A stretch of 32,934 bases of DNA from Bdellovibrionota bacterium (GTDB lineage: Bacteria > Bdellovibrionota_C > UBA2361 > JBGSMV01): NCBI GenBank assembly GCA_044356455.1, contig JBIKWF010000042.1, positions 1 to 32,934 on the forward strand. Reading direction: 5' to 3'. Within the stretch, counting starts at the first letter, position 1; each line of letters starts with the position of its first letter. Shown in pieces: positions 1 through 9,605 of this stretch. The notes under the pieces are model-generated. The model saw nothing but the letters and a program-made list of their open reading frames with translations, was not told where the DNA came from and made no database searches. The position numbers and the translations under genes are program-made.

Positions 1-2
1 AG

Positions 3-122
3 CTCACATATTCCGGTCCTCCGTTATACGTTGTAGATAGTTACGTGGGCGAAAAACCAACTCCCACCGCGGAACTTGCATCCGCTAGACGAGTGCGCCG
101 GTTACGGCGCACTGAGACATGA
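3..122 (+). CDS. possible 3' end of a gene entering from outside the window
   Basis: Frame open from the window edge to TGA at 120-122 (LTYSGPPLYVVDSYVGEKPTPTAELASARRVRRLRRTET), converging on the stop of the 2020-aa gene; too short to identify. Confidence 0.3.
   Translation, partial: LTYSGPPLYVVDSYVGEKPTPTAELASARRVRRLRRTET
92..113. terminator. GC-rich hairpin downstream of the 2020-aa gene
   Basis: AGTGCGCCG-GTTA-CGGCGCACT, perfect 9-bp stem about 25 nt past the stop; no U-tract. Confidence 0.4.
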
Positions 123-136
123 CGGTTAGTGAGCTC

Positions 137-3100
137 TCACTTCTTAAGCTGAAGTTTGTTGCACGTTCTCGTAAATTTTCGCTTCCCGTAGAACATTTGA
201 ATCTTCGCTGAATATTTACCCGAGCTGAGAGATTTGAACTTCTTCAGCGGCTTTCTGGCCGGAATCAAGGCAGTGACGGAACTTTGGTCTGGTAGGCGCA
301 GCTTTGCCGAAATACGCGTGAGTCTTAGCGGCACCACATTGGCTGCGACACCTGCGGCATCAATCAATGCAACACGTAGAGAAGTTTTAGAGGTAGCGGT
401 TAAGCGACATTTAAGAAGTCCTATCTGAGCGAGCCTGCCGCCTTCTGTCGTAATATCAGGCGTCGGCGATCCAACAGGCCCAGAAGTTGGTGTGGGCGGC
501 GGAGCAGTTGGCGGTATCGGCGAGATACTTGTGGCAGTCGGCGGGACAAGGGCGGTGGGAGAAGCTCCTGGATTACTCGTAGTCGTCACGGTTGGGGAAT
601 TTGTGGGCGTCGCAGATGAAGTGGCTGTCGCGGTGGCTGTCAAAGTCGCGGTGGCTGTCGGAGTCGGAGTCGGCGGAACAAGACTCGCCGCTAGAATCTC
701 GCTACACGCGCTCGTTGCACCAGAGGCAGTTCTTCCCTGGAGCGAATAGTAATAGCGCTCCCCCGGAACAGGGCCAGAATCAACAAAACTAGTGCTCGTC
801 GAGATGTCTAGGGGCGTTCCTATGCAGCGTTCGCCAGGCGAATTCGAGCGGTATACTAAGAAACTTGTTTGCCGGGCCTGCGATGACCAACTAAGCGAGA
901 TACGCCGAGCAGGCGCATCCGGGAAATACGCCAGGTCGCGTGGTGGTGTGAGAACCGCAAGCCGCGCTATTCGCGAATCAAGGAACTGCGCCCCGCCCGC
1001 CGATACCCGCACGAAAAATGTCGCACCATCATCCCCTTCTCCCGTGGACGAGAGCGCTATTCTTGAGCCCGCCTCCCCGGGAACGGGAGCTCCGCTCCTA
1101 TACCACTGGTAGAGGGGAGCATAGGGCGCCGCTGAGGCGCTCACCTGAAATGAGACTGGCTGCCCTTCAAGAATCTCAGGGGAATCACTTGGCTGATTCG
1201 TAATGAGAGGCGAAACATCGGTAAAGCCATCTGCCCTCGCGGAACAGGCTCCCAAATAACTAGGCGCAATGACCGTCTGAACGTAATAAGTTCGAGTACT
1301 ACCCGGCGCGAGGCCACTGTCAACGAACCTTGGTTCCGAAACGCTTACGGCCGCCCCCGTGCAGCCTGGCGCGTTCGTGATGCGATAGGAAGATGCTCGC
1401 GGCTGAACGGGCCACACAAGTTCAATCCTATCAAGGAAGTGTTTGTTACTTGCTGAAATGCCGGTGATGGCGGCCGGCAACGCCACTCCACTCTGCACCG
1501 CTGAGCAAGAAGAAGGAGCTCCATTGGCGCCCACAAATTGGATTGAATAGTAATAAGGGAGTCCAGGCTCTGCGCCTCCGTCGTCAATAGAACTAGGCGG
1601 TGTGCCTGCTATCTCCCGATAACTTGGCTCAAGGCAGGTAGTAGAAGAGGTATTTCGATATATCTTGGTGGCAACTGCGCCCACAGAGGTAGAAAGCGCG
1701 AGGTTCACCAGCGAGGCCCGGTTTGAACTTGCGCTGAAACTTGGCGCTGAGAGTCTTCGATAACCGCGCACGACAGGACTACAAGCCCCGACGCTACTAT
1801 TTGAATACAGAATCCTTGCAGAATAAAAATAGTCAACCCCAGGGGAAGGCGCGGTGTCATCCCACTGAAGAATTCTTCCCGTAAGGGTCCGAAACGCAGT
1901 CCCTACACAACTCTCTGCTGCTGAAGAGGCTCGAAAAATCTCTACCGAACTAATTCCCGTTTGCTGAGGGATGTCCCATGAGAGAGCTATTTCATCGGTA
2001 AAAAGACCTAACGAGGCATTGAAACCAACGATGCCGCTCGTTTGCCCTATGCCGCGCGAGCCAGGCTCGCTTACCGAACAGGATGATTCAGAGCCGTTCG
2101 CATATACTGCGCCGACACGATAAAAATAGGTAATCCCGGCGTCAGCCGTAGAATCGAAGAATCGCGCCTCCGTGAGACCTTGAGCGATTCGGCTACTCGC
2201 CGCACAAGTGGCACCGGAACTAAGCGCCCGGTAAAGCGAGTACGAAACCGCATAGGGCGCTGATGACCAGGTGATATCAACGCCATCGGCTATCGTACCG
2301 TCAGTTGCGGTAACACTTGCCACGGGTTGCCTAATAGTGAGCCGCGCAGCTCGTGTCTGCACATAATTGACCTGACTCGTGGTGAGCCTTGCGTAATAAC
2401 TGCTTTGGTCGTCGCTCAGCTGAATATTAGAGCGGAAAAGGGACGAGGTGGTCTCTCCGCTAAGGGGCTGGTCATTTTTGTACCACTGGTAACGAATGGG
2501 CCGTGGAGAGGTGGCAACAACCGTGAATGTCGCACTTGTCCCGGCTGCGGACACATAGGCGTCAGAAGGCTGGGTGGAGATTACCGGCAAAAGGTCCACG
2601 GTTCCCACAACCACGGGGGAACAGGCTGAGATAAGCCCCCCAGGGGTCACACTCTTTGCCGAATAATAGTAGGTCCCTCCCGGAACCACGTTACTATCGT
2701 CCAGAATCGTAGCACCGGTGCTCGTAAGTTCGTTGGAGCAAGGGGTATTTGTTGTCGAGCGATAGATCAGATACGAATTTGCGAACGGCACGGCGTTCCA
2801 CGTGAGGCGAACTTTGTCAGCAAATTGCTGAGGCACGGATTGCAAACTTGGAGCGCCAAGAGGCAACGCAACGCTCACAAGAGAGCTACACGCTCCAAGG
2901 CTGCCGTTAGCACCACGCGCCTGCATTCGATAGAAATAGTTCATCCCCGGAGATACCAAGGGATCGGAGTAGGAAGTAAATATGCCAAGAGTTGCATGAG
3001 GAGTACCTGCACAAGTAAGCGCAGAATCTGTGGAGCGATAGACAAAATAGCTGGTCGCTCCATTTACGTTTGCAGGCTTCGAAAGGACTATTTCTCCCGT

Positions 3101-6100
3101 TGCAGAGTTAGGGGAGGCCGAAAAGCTAGGAGCACTAAGCTGCATATAACCCACGTCGGTGCCTCCGCAGATCCCGGGGACTCCTCCCGAGTAACGCGGT
3201 CTGCCTGAATAAAAATAGTTCACACCTGGCACGAGGGACGCACTAGAGTCGGCTACGCTCGCGGCAGAGTTTGAATTTACACTGATAGCAGGAGTGCCTT
3301 GGCACCCTTGATTGATAGTTGAGCGAAACAAGTCGTATCCCACCACTCGGCTAATAACTATGGGGACCCACGTGAGATTAACAAAGGAAGTACTCGCTCC
3401 GTCTGAGGCGGTAAGCCCCCCGAGCCACGCATTTACCGAAAGAGTCGCGGGAGCAGACTGCATGCTGTACGTGTCAAACGCCAACCCATAAGCTACCGCC
3501 GACGCGTGGTAACGCGCTCCATCATCTGCGTTTCCCACATTAGAAACCATAAGCGAGGAGCTGCTTGAATTCGGGATCAGAATATTATTTCGATACCAGC
3601 GGTAGGTTAAGGGCCCAGCACTGGAGAAAGCGGCAGAAAAGGTCCACGAATCCCCCGCAGTCACCGTACGATCTGCGGGAGATGAAACAAGGAGCGGCCT
3701 TGGGTCTCGGCTGCCTAACACAGGCAAGGAAGGTGCGGCGGCCGTGGCATTATACGACTTCACTCGATAACGGTATCGGAGTCCATTGGCTAAGACCCCG
3801 GAATCATCGAAGACCAGACCCGGGAGATTTATTCCCGTTTGCGCAATCCACTCGAAGCTAGCGTCAGGAGGATTTTCGGGAGCTCGTTCAATCACATATC
3901 CATTGGCACCTCGTGCCGTGGCTTGCCATGAGATACGAACAGAGTCGCGAAGACCAGGGGAAAGGGACGAGGAGAAGAGCGTCGCATTCACTCCTGTCGG
4001 CGGAGCAAGCGTATAACTGGTAACCGTCACAGAGGGATCACTGTCGAACTGCGAGAATCCAGCCTCGTCCTTTGCTATCACATAATACTGCACGTCTTGG
4101 CCCGCTGGATTGGCGACTCTTATGTCTCTATCTTCGTACGTAATTGCGCGCTCATTCGGGATCTGCGCGGTGGAAAGTTGCGCTACCTGCGTGAACACGG
4201 AAGCGGACGCAAGCTTGCGGTAAATGGTGTAGGAGGATGCACTCCGCTGAGCGGACCCAGCAAAGTTGAGGGTGATTCTATCTGCAGCCGCGCCTGGGAA
4301 AACAACCAGGTTCGTAGGCGGTAATAATTTTACAAAGCGAAACGCCTCAAGGGTAGCGGAAGAAGTACAGCCAGAAATGTTGCAGGCAAGAACAACATAC
4401 CACCGGTGAGTCCCATCCGCAGGTGCACCCGCATCAACGAATTGGGCAGATTTCCTGCCTTCGCTATTGATAGATGGATTCAACGTGGCTTCGCCAATTC
4501 CTGCAAATGCGCCAGCAGGCCCATTCTCCCCGCGCCACACATAGAGTCCCAGCTGACCCAAGGCTGCGGTTCCGGCAGTTACCAGAGTCACACTGTCGCT
4601 TGAACGAGTTCCGCGAGAAATAGTCACGTCAGCCGGAACCGGCATTGAGGCGATAGGAGAGCAAGGGCCGGCACCTGCGGCGTTGACTGCCCTCACGGAA
4701 TAGTAGCTAGGCACTCCCCACGGCGGGCTCGGGTCTATCCAGACATTCCCTTGCGTCTCAGCTATCGGTGCCCCCTGACAAGCACCAGAAGCTGCGGAGC
4801 GAAAGACTTGGAAACGAAACACTGGCCCGCCAACTTGGGCACGATCCCAGCTTAGCTCAAGCTTGGCGGGGTCGACGCCACTTGGCGAATTGGGAAGTTG
4901 CGGGTAGCGCACGCTCAGGCGTGGCGGAGCACCGGGGAGCGCAGCCTCATCGGTAACGGGCTGAAAGCAAGCATAGTTGGTAGCCCGAACTTGGCTGCTA
5001 TGCACCGTCGTAAAGTTTAGCGCGCTCGAAACCACCGAGCGCATAATGTTCGACGTCGTGTCGTCGTGGTCGAGATAGAGATCGTGCCCAAGCTCATGAG
5101 CCGAAAGATTGACGGCTCCTGTTCCCCCATACTTTGAAACAATGGAGGGGTGCGAGCAGGCCCCGTATCCAGAGCGACCGACTACGGTTCCGCCGAGCGT
5201 TCCTGCCCCCACCACCCAAGCCTGCATCAATCCAAGGCCATAGCGGTCCCTGATTTCCGGCCGGGCCATGACCTGACTCGCCGCATCAAAAAGGGCGTCA
5301 GTGCCTATATCGGGATAGGGATCCGCGGCGCTATCCCAGCCGTTTTGGTAGGCAAGATATAAACGAATCCCGAGCTGCGCCTCGTAGATGCCTGCTACCT
5401 GATTGACGATATCGCGAATGGTGGTAAGGGAAGCTGCCACTCCCCCACTCCTCGACGTATAATGATAAGAAGCATCAGTTCCGATATTTGCTACCCGGTA
5501 CAACACACTGCGTGGACCATACCCGCCCCCTTCTGTCACCGTCGGGAATCGTTCGGCTCGCTCCTCCTCTGTAAGCGCCTGGGTATCACAATCATGAGAG
5601 CCAGACGCAATAATTTGTTCAATAGGGAGCTGCTCCAAAATCCGAATTTGAAGCGCGGAACCTGGCGATCCAGAGAAACTAATGGGATCTGCTCCTTCAA
5701 AGAAGAAGACCTGCTCCTGCACGCCGACTAACCCACTGAGCTTCAGGGGCTCAGTCTCTTGAGCAGGGATAAGAGAGAAACGGATAAAACCAGGAACTCC
5801 AGGTCTTAAGTCACAATCCTCGCACGTCCCGGAAAAAAGTTTGCTCTTAAGCGCAGGTAATGGACGACTACCATGTTCGTCGCTTATCTCGGTGACAGTA
5901 CGCTCAGAAACGAGATTGCTCGGGGTAACAATAAAGCGCGACACCGAACCGTTAATAGGGAGAATAAAAGATACGCTCCTCGCCTCCAGCTCTTGAGCGT
6001 CAAGATTGAGCAGAGTATCGATGTCGACATGGCTCAGCGCACCTCCCTCTTGGCCCGGTAGCGCCGCAAGGCGAATCTCAACAACTGGAGACGTGGGCGT

Positions 6101-6199
6101 GAAACTGCGAGGGGTGCCGATAAAAAATAGATTAAGTGACAGAGCGAGAACTATCCCGGCTAACGTGGCAAGCCGCCAAGAATATGATCTCGATTTCAT
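137..6199 (-). CDS. large exported zinc metalloprotease (reprolysin/M12-like metzincin) with FN3-like and Ig-like repeats, Pro/Thr linker and basic C-terminal domain
   Basis: N-terminal hydrophobic segment; prodomain with possible cysteine switch (HDCDT); HELGHDLYLDH zinc motif followed by Met-turn NIMRS; about 12 FN3-like modules (W..YR..D..G..YYY); 3 Ig-like modules (P-x-D..Y-x-WY..DD); PTPTATAT linker. Confidence 0.85.
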   Translation of the reverse strand: MKSRSYSWRLATLAGIVLALSLNLFFIGTPRSFTPTSPVVEIRLAALPGQEGGALSHVDIDTLLNLDAQELEARSVSFILPINGSVSRFIVTPSNLVSERTVTEISDEHGSRPLPALKSKLFSGTCEDCDLRPGVPGFIRFSLIPAQETEPLKLSGLVGVQEQVFFFEGADPISFSGSPGSALQIRILEQLPIEQIIASGSHDCDTQALTEEERAERFPTVTEGGGYGPRSVLYRVANIGTDASYHYTSRSGGVAASLTTIRDIVNQVAGIYEAQLGIRLYLAYQNGWDSAADPYPDIGTDALFDAASQVMARPEIRDRYGLGLMQAWVVGAGTLGGTVVGRSGYGACSHPSIVSKYGGTGAVNLSAHELGHDLYLDHDDTTSNIMRSVVSSALNFTTVHSSQVRATNYACFQPVTDEAALPGAPPRLSVRYPQLPNSPSGVDPAKLELSWDRAQVGGPVFRFQVFRSAASGACQGAPIAETQGNVWIDPSPPWGVPSYYSVRAVNAAGAGPCSPIASMPVPADVTISRGTRSSDSVTLVTAGTAALGQLGLYVWRGENGPAGAFAGIGEATLNPSINSEGRKSAQFVDAGAPADGTHRWYVVLACNISGCTSSATLEAFRFVKLLPPTNLVVFPGAAADRITLNFAGSAQRSASSYTIYRKLASASVFTQVAQLSTAQIPNERAITYEDRDIRVANPAGQDVQYYVIAKDEAGFSQFDSDPSVTVTSYTLAPPTGVNATLFSSSLSPGLRDSVRISWQATARGANGYVIERAPENPPDASFEWIAQTGINLPGLVFDDSGVLANGLRYRYRVKSYNATAAAPSLPVLGSRDPRPLLVSSPADRTVTAGDSWTFSAAFSSAGPLTYRWYRNNILIPNSSSSSLMVSNVGNADDGARYHASAVAYGLAFDTYSMQSAPATLSVNAWLGGLTASDGASTSFVNLTWVPIVISRVVGYDLFRSTINQGCQGTPAISVNSNSAASVADSSASLVPGVNYFYSGRPRYSGGVPGICGGTDVGYMQLSAPSFSASPNSATGEIVLSKPANVNGATSYFVYRSTDSALTCAGTPHATLGIFTSYSDPLVSPGMNYFYRMQARGANGSLGACSSLVSVALPLGAPSLQSVPQQFADKVRLTWNAVPFANSYLIYRSTTNTPCSNELTSTGATILDDSNVVPGGTYYYSAKSVTPGGLISACSPVVVGTVDLLPVISTQPSDAYVSAAGTSATFTVVATSPRPIRYQWYKNDQPLSGETTSSLFRSNIQLSDDQSSYYARLTTSQVNYVQTRAARLTIRQPVASVTATDGTIADGVDITWSSAPYAVSYSLYRALSSGATCAASSRIAQGLTEARFFDSTADAGITYFYRVGAVYANGSESSCSVSEPGSRGIGQTSGIVGFNASLGLFTDEIALSWDIPQQTGISSVEIFRASSAAESCVGTAFRTLTGRILQWDDTAPSPGVDYFYSARILYSNSSVGACSPVVRGYRRLSAPSFSASSNRASLVNLALSTSVGAVATKIYRNTSSTTCLEPSYREIAGTPPSSIDDGGAEPGLPYYYSIQFVGANGAPSSCSAVQSGVALPAAITGISASNKHFLDRIELVWPVQPRASSYRITNAPGCTGAAVSVSEPRFVDSGLAPGSTRTYYVQTVIAPSYLGACSARADGFTDVSPLITNQPSDSPEILEGQPVSFQVSASAAPYAPLYQWYRSGAPVPGEAGSRIALSSTGEGDDGATFFVRVSAGGAQFLDSRIARLAVLTPPRDLAYFPDAPARRISLSWSSQARQTSFLVYRSNSPGERCIGTPLDISTSTSFVDSGPVPGERYYYSLQGRTASGATSACSEILAASLVPPTPTPTATATLTATATATSSATPTNSPTVTTTSNPGASPTALVPPTATSISPIPPTAPPPTPTSGPVGSPTPDITTEGGRLAQIGLLKCRLTATSKTSLRVALIDAAGVAANVVPLRLTRISAKLRLPDQSSVTALIPARKPLKKFKSLSSGKYSAKIQMFYGKRKFTRTCNKLQLKK
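460..680 (-). repeat. low-complexity Pro/Thr/Ser linker-coding repeat
   Basis: GTGGCTGTC and GGAGTC repeats encoding PTPTPTATATLTATATATSSATPT...PPTAPPPTPT; boundaries approximate. Confidence 0.7.
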
Positions 6200-6354
6200 G
6201 TCGCTCTATGCGTCCTAAGGGGGAAACAGGCGTGAGGCCAAGTACTCCCTGATTATACCCCTTTAAGATGCAATTCGCGCGAGGTCCTCTTCTTTATAAA
6301 AGCCCTCTTTAAAGAGCATCTTCTCCAATGATTTCGAGACATTAGGGACTAATA

Positions 6355-6867
6355 CTACTCTCCTAGTACCCGCTGCACGACACTAAGACTGGTCCCCGCG
6401 GCCACAACCTTCCCATTAGGATCCAAGACGAATAGTGCAGGGAGGCTATCCACGCCAAAGGCAACCTTAGCTTCGTCGTATACGCCATTACCCGAGTAAG
6501 AATGCTGCAAACCATCAAGCTTCCCATACGTGATGCGATCTTGGAGCTTGGGCAAGTCCTCGGCTTTATCAATGCTCACCGCAAGAAACACGATATCTTT
6601 GCGTGATGCGTTACGCTTCGCATACGCATTGAGTTCATTTACTACCGTATGCGACTGATTACATGAATTCGCCCAGAACAAGACCACCACGTTTTTCCCG
6701 CGAAGATGCTCAAGCACCAAGCGATCGCCTTCAAGCATATAGAAGGAGGTATAGGGGGGACTTTGATTCCCTAGAAGGGATGAACTTCCTGCCCCGGCAC
6801 ACCCTGAAAGCCCCACACTACTGGCCAAGCCCAAGCAAAGGAGCGCCTTAATAACATTCTTTCTCAT
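6355..6867 (-). CDS. TlpA/ResA-like thioredoxin-fold lipoprotein with a CxxS active site
   Basis: Lipobox LSGC; LRGKNVVVLFWANSCNQS; cis-Pro motif FGVDSLPALFVLDPNGKV. Confidence 0.8.
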   Translation of the reverse strand: MRKNVIKALLCLGLASSVGLSGCAGAGSSSLLGNQSPPYTSFYMLEGDRLVLEHLRGKNVVVLFWANSCNQSHTVVNELNAYAKRNASRKDIVFLAVSIDKAEDLPKLQDRITYGKLDGLQHSYSGNGVYDEAKVAFGVDSLPALFVLDPNGKVVAAGTSLSVVQRVLGE

Positions 6868-7002
6868 ACGAGATAATCTCCAACTGTCCTCAGGGAGTAC
6901 TCATCCCCTGAAACGATATAGATCACTTTTCGAAAATGCGCACAGTGCCAGATATGTGAACGGTGCGCGGACGGTGGCAGATTGCCTTTAACTAATTGGT
7001 AG

Positions 7003-9495
7003 CTACTGATTAGCTGAGCGCTCGCGGATCATCCAGAAAGTGTCTTTGTAGGCTTGCTTCACCTCGGGGTCGGTCTCACGCTCAAAATTATCGATTATTA
7101 TTCTTAGCGCGCCGACGTCATTAAATCCCTCAAGGGCCTTTACCGCAAGCAGGCGAGCCCCCTTATCCTTGTGCCCCAGCATGCCGAGGAGCGTGCCCAG
7201 GTTAAGAGACTTTGGATACTTCTCAAGCACCAATTTGGTAAGAAACGGATCGTTTGATTGCACCAGCAGCGAAATGAGTTTTGGATCCTTAAGGACCGGC
7301 TCAAAAACACGGAAGGCTTCCCTCGCATCTTCATCAGGCACTTTGGAAAGATTCCCAAAGACCCCGATCGCATGGGCATATTTTACGCGGTTCTCCCAAG
7401 CATTACGCCGCACCCACTCCGCGAGCCCGGCACTAGGCTGAATACGCAAAGACTTTCCGACAAGCGTATCAAAGGCTTCGAGCAGCAACGCCTCGTCTTT
7501 CAGGTCTGCGCACATGAGAAGCAAAATGCGTTCAACTTCGACATCGAACCAGCGGCCGATAGCCCCAATATCCTCTGAAGTAAGGGATCCAGCTGCCGCT
7601 TTTACCAAGGCGTTGAGAACTTCTGGAGGAACATCTTGCCTATCGCGAACAATCGCTAAGTAATCCTGCCGGACGCCGGGGAGAATGCCTCTTTCGACAG
7701 CAAGGCTTGCAAAGGCACGCACGTTGTAATCGTTGCGTGTTCCCAAAACATCAAGTAACCAAAGCACGTCAGCATCAGGAAGCTCACTACGGCGCTGCAC
7801 CACGTCATCGCCAAACACGAGCGCCAACTCGGGGTGCACAAGAATGAGCCCAAGTGCAGATTTATCTGCCGCGGTCTCTAGCGCGAGCGAGTCTCCCACT
7901 AATTGGGCAAGGAGCGGTTGATATTCATTGACGTTTTGAGAATCAAGCGCGATTGAAGCCGCCATTCTTAAGGTCATGCGCGGATCGCTCACGTAGGCCT
8001 TGCGTAGTTCAGTTTGACGGGCCTCCAGGGGCAAGGTTGCGTTTAAAGACTTCATCAAGGGCTCATAGGCTGCGGGCACCACGCCCGATGGAATGGTGCG
8101 TAGCCATTGGTTTAGTTGCTCGGCGCTCCGCAGCATGCCAAGCCTTCGCACCCGCTGCACTAATGACTTCTCAGCAAGACCTCTTAGCTCGGGGGTCTTC
8201 GCGTCAAGGGAGCTCTTTACCAAAGCGACGTGTGCAAGAGGATCGTCAGAGGCCACAAGCTGATCAAATTGGGCGGCAGCTTGCACGAGCTGCGTCTGAC
8301 TATCTCCGATGGCGTCAACGGCCTTCTGGATCTCAGGATTTCCGCTGAGGGCGTCAGGCCGAGGAAGGCTTTCCTTATGCTCATCCTCGGGAGCTGAAGA
8401 GCGCGACGTGAGCTGAGCTCCGACGACTGCGGACACGATGAAAACAGCGACCACGGCGATGAGGAGCCGCATGCGCGAAAGCAGTCCGACTGGTGACGCT
8501 TCCTCCGTAGTGGACGAAGAAGTCGTCGCAGGCTGACCCACCGCGGTGCCGCGAATCATCCCACTAGAACGTACTCCTGTAGTAGCAGGACTTGCCGCGG
8601 CGGCAGTGGATTTTGTGGGAGTAGCCGCGGCCTTCTTTGAAGGAAGCCCGGCACCCGAAAAAGCCTTCTGGCGAGCTTCTGCGATTCCTTTGAGCAACTC
8701 CGCCGCTGAAGGATAACGATCCTTGGGATCAGAGCCCAAGCAGCGCATGAGCACCTCATCTGCCCAAAGCGGAGCACCTGGGACTAAATCAGAGAGCGGA
8801 AGAATCGGAGCGCCGGCGCCTCCAGGCCCCCCACCCTCTCCGAACGGAGATTTTCCAGAAAACAAATAGTAGCCAAGAACGCCGAGCGCAAAGACATCCG
8901 AGGCTGGCTCAAGCACTCCGCCATATTGCTCTGGCGCGACGTAGCGCACCGTCTCTAAAGAAGGAAGCATAGAGGTCGCTTGAGCGTCAGCATCAAACGC
9001 CCCAAGAGCCCCGACAAAAAGAATTTCACCCGCCCTGTCAACCCAATACGAGGAATGACAAAGATCTCCGCAGACCAGCCCACGTTGATGAATTGCTTCG
9101 ATAGAACGCACGCAGGCAATAAAACGCCGCTCCGCTTCAGCCAACATCGCTCGCCCGCCTTGAGCCGCTCCCGAACTCACCACGAGGCTATTTCCGTCCA
9201 GAGGCTTGAAGGCCGCGAAACCTACACCGGAACTATCAACGGCAAAATTGATCAGGTGCTGACCAACACTTGGAATCTGCTGCAGAGTACCTAGTCGAGC
9301 GAGAAATCTATCGACCGCCTCGGTGTGAAGCGGCAGTGGATGGCGCATCACCCACACCATGACCGGCTCTTCGCGAGAGCGGTCTACGGCCTTATGAAAA
9401 TCGGCGTTGCGCGTCGAAGCGAAGTGACCTTCGAGAGCGAAGTAATCACTCACAAGGCCCTTCACGTTCGCTGATTGTCTAATAAGATCTGACAT
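7003..9495 (-). CDS. membrane-anchored Hanks-type pseudokinase with large alpha-helical (HEAT/ARM-like) C-terminal domain
   Basis: Kinase C-lobe motifs YVAPEQ, SDVFALG, SGKSPF, DRYPSA; VAIK, HRDxxxxN and DFG motifs degenerate; TM LLIAVVAVFIVSAVVGA; Leu/Ala-rich helical C-terminal region ending in HEAT-like RLLAVKAL...ETDPEVK. Confidence 0.75.
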   Translation of the reverse strand: MSDLIRQSANVKGLVSDYFALEGHFASTRNADFHKAVDRSREEPVMVWVMRHPLPLHTEAVDRFLARLGTLQQIPSVGQHLINFAVDSSGVGFAAFKPLDGNSLVVSSGAAQGGRAMLAEAERRFIACVRSIEAIHQRGLVCGDLCHSSYWVDRAGEILFVGALGAFDADAQATSMLPSLETVRYVAPEQYGGVLEPASDVFALGVLGYYLFSGKSPFGEGGGPGGAGAPILPLSDLVPGAPLWADEVLMRCLGSDPKDRYPSAAELLKGIAEARQKAFSGAGLPSKKAAATPTKSTAAAASPATTGVRSSGMIRGTAVGQPATTSSSTTEEASPVGLLSRMRLLIAVVAVFIVSAVVGAQLTSRSSAPEDEHKESLPRPDALSGNPEIQKAVDAIGDSQTQLVQAAAQFDQLVASDDPLAHVALVKSSLDAKTPELRGLAEKSLVQRVRRLGMLRSAEQLNQWLRTIPSGVVPAAYEPLMKSLNATLPLEARQTELRKAYVSDPRMTLRMAASIALDSQNVNEYQPLLAQLVGDSLALETAADKSALGLILVHPELALVFGDDVVQRRSELPDADVLWLLDVLGTRNDYNVRAFASLAVERGILPGVRQDYLAIVRDRQDVPPEVLNALVKAAAGSLTSEDIGAIGRWFDVEVERILLLMCADLKDEALLLEAFDTLVGKSLRIQPSAGLAEWVRRNAWENRVKYAHAIGVFGNLSKVPDEDAREAFRVFEPVLKDPKLISLLVQSNDPFLTKLVLEKYPKSLNLGTLLGMLGHKDKGARLLAVKALEGFNDVGALRIIIDNFERETDPEVKQAYKDTFWMIRERSANQ

Positions 9496-9605
9496 TTACC
9501 TATCCTATAGCCCAAACTTTTGGGCCGCAAAAGCCTCAAATCTTGCAGCCGAACGCCCCCTCACCTGCTCTGCTCACCGCCCTCAAGCCTGCACGGCTGA
9601 GATAA

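Noticed and set aside
6931..6990. TGGCAC and TGGCAG...TTGC sigma54-like strings upstream of the TlpA gene
   Set aside because: The GG-to-GC spacing is not 10 nt.
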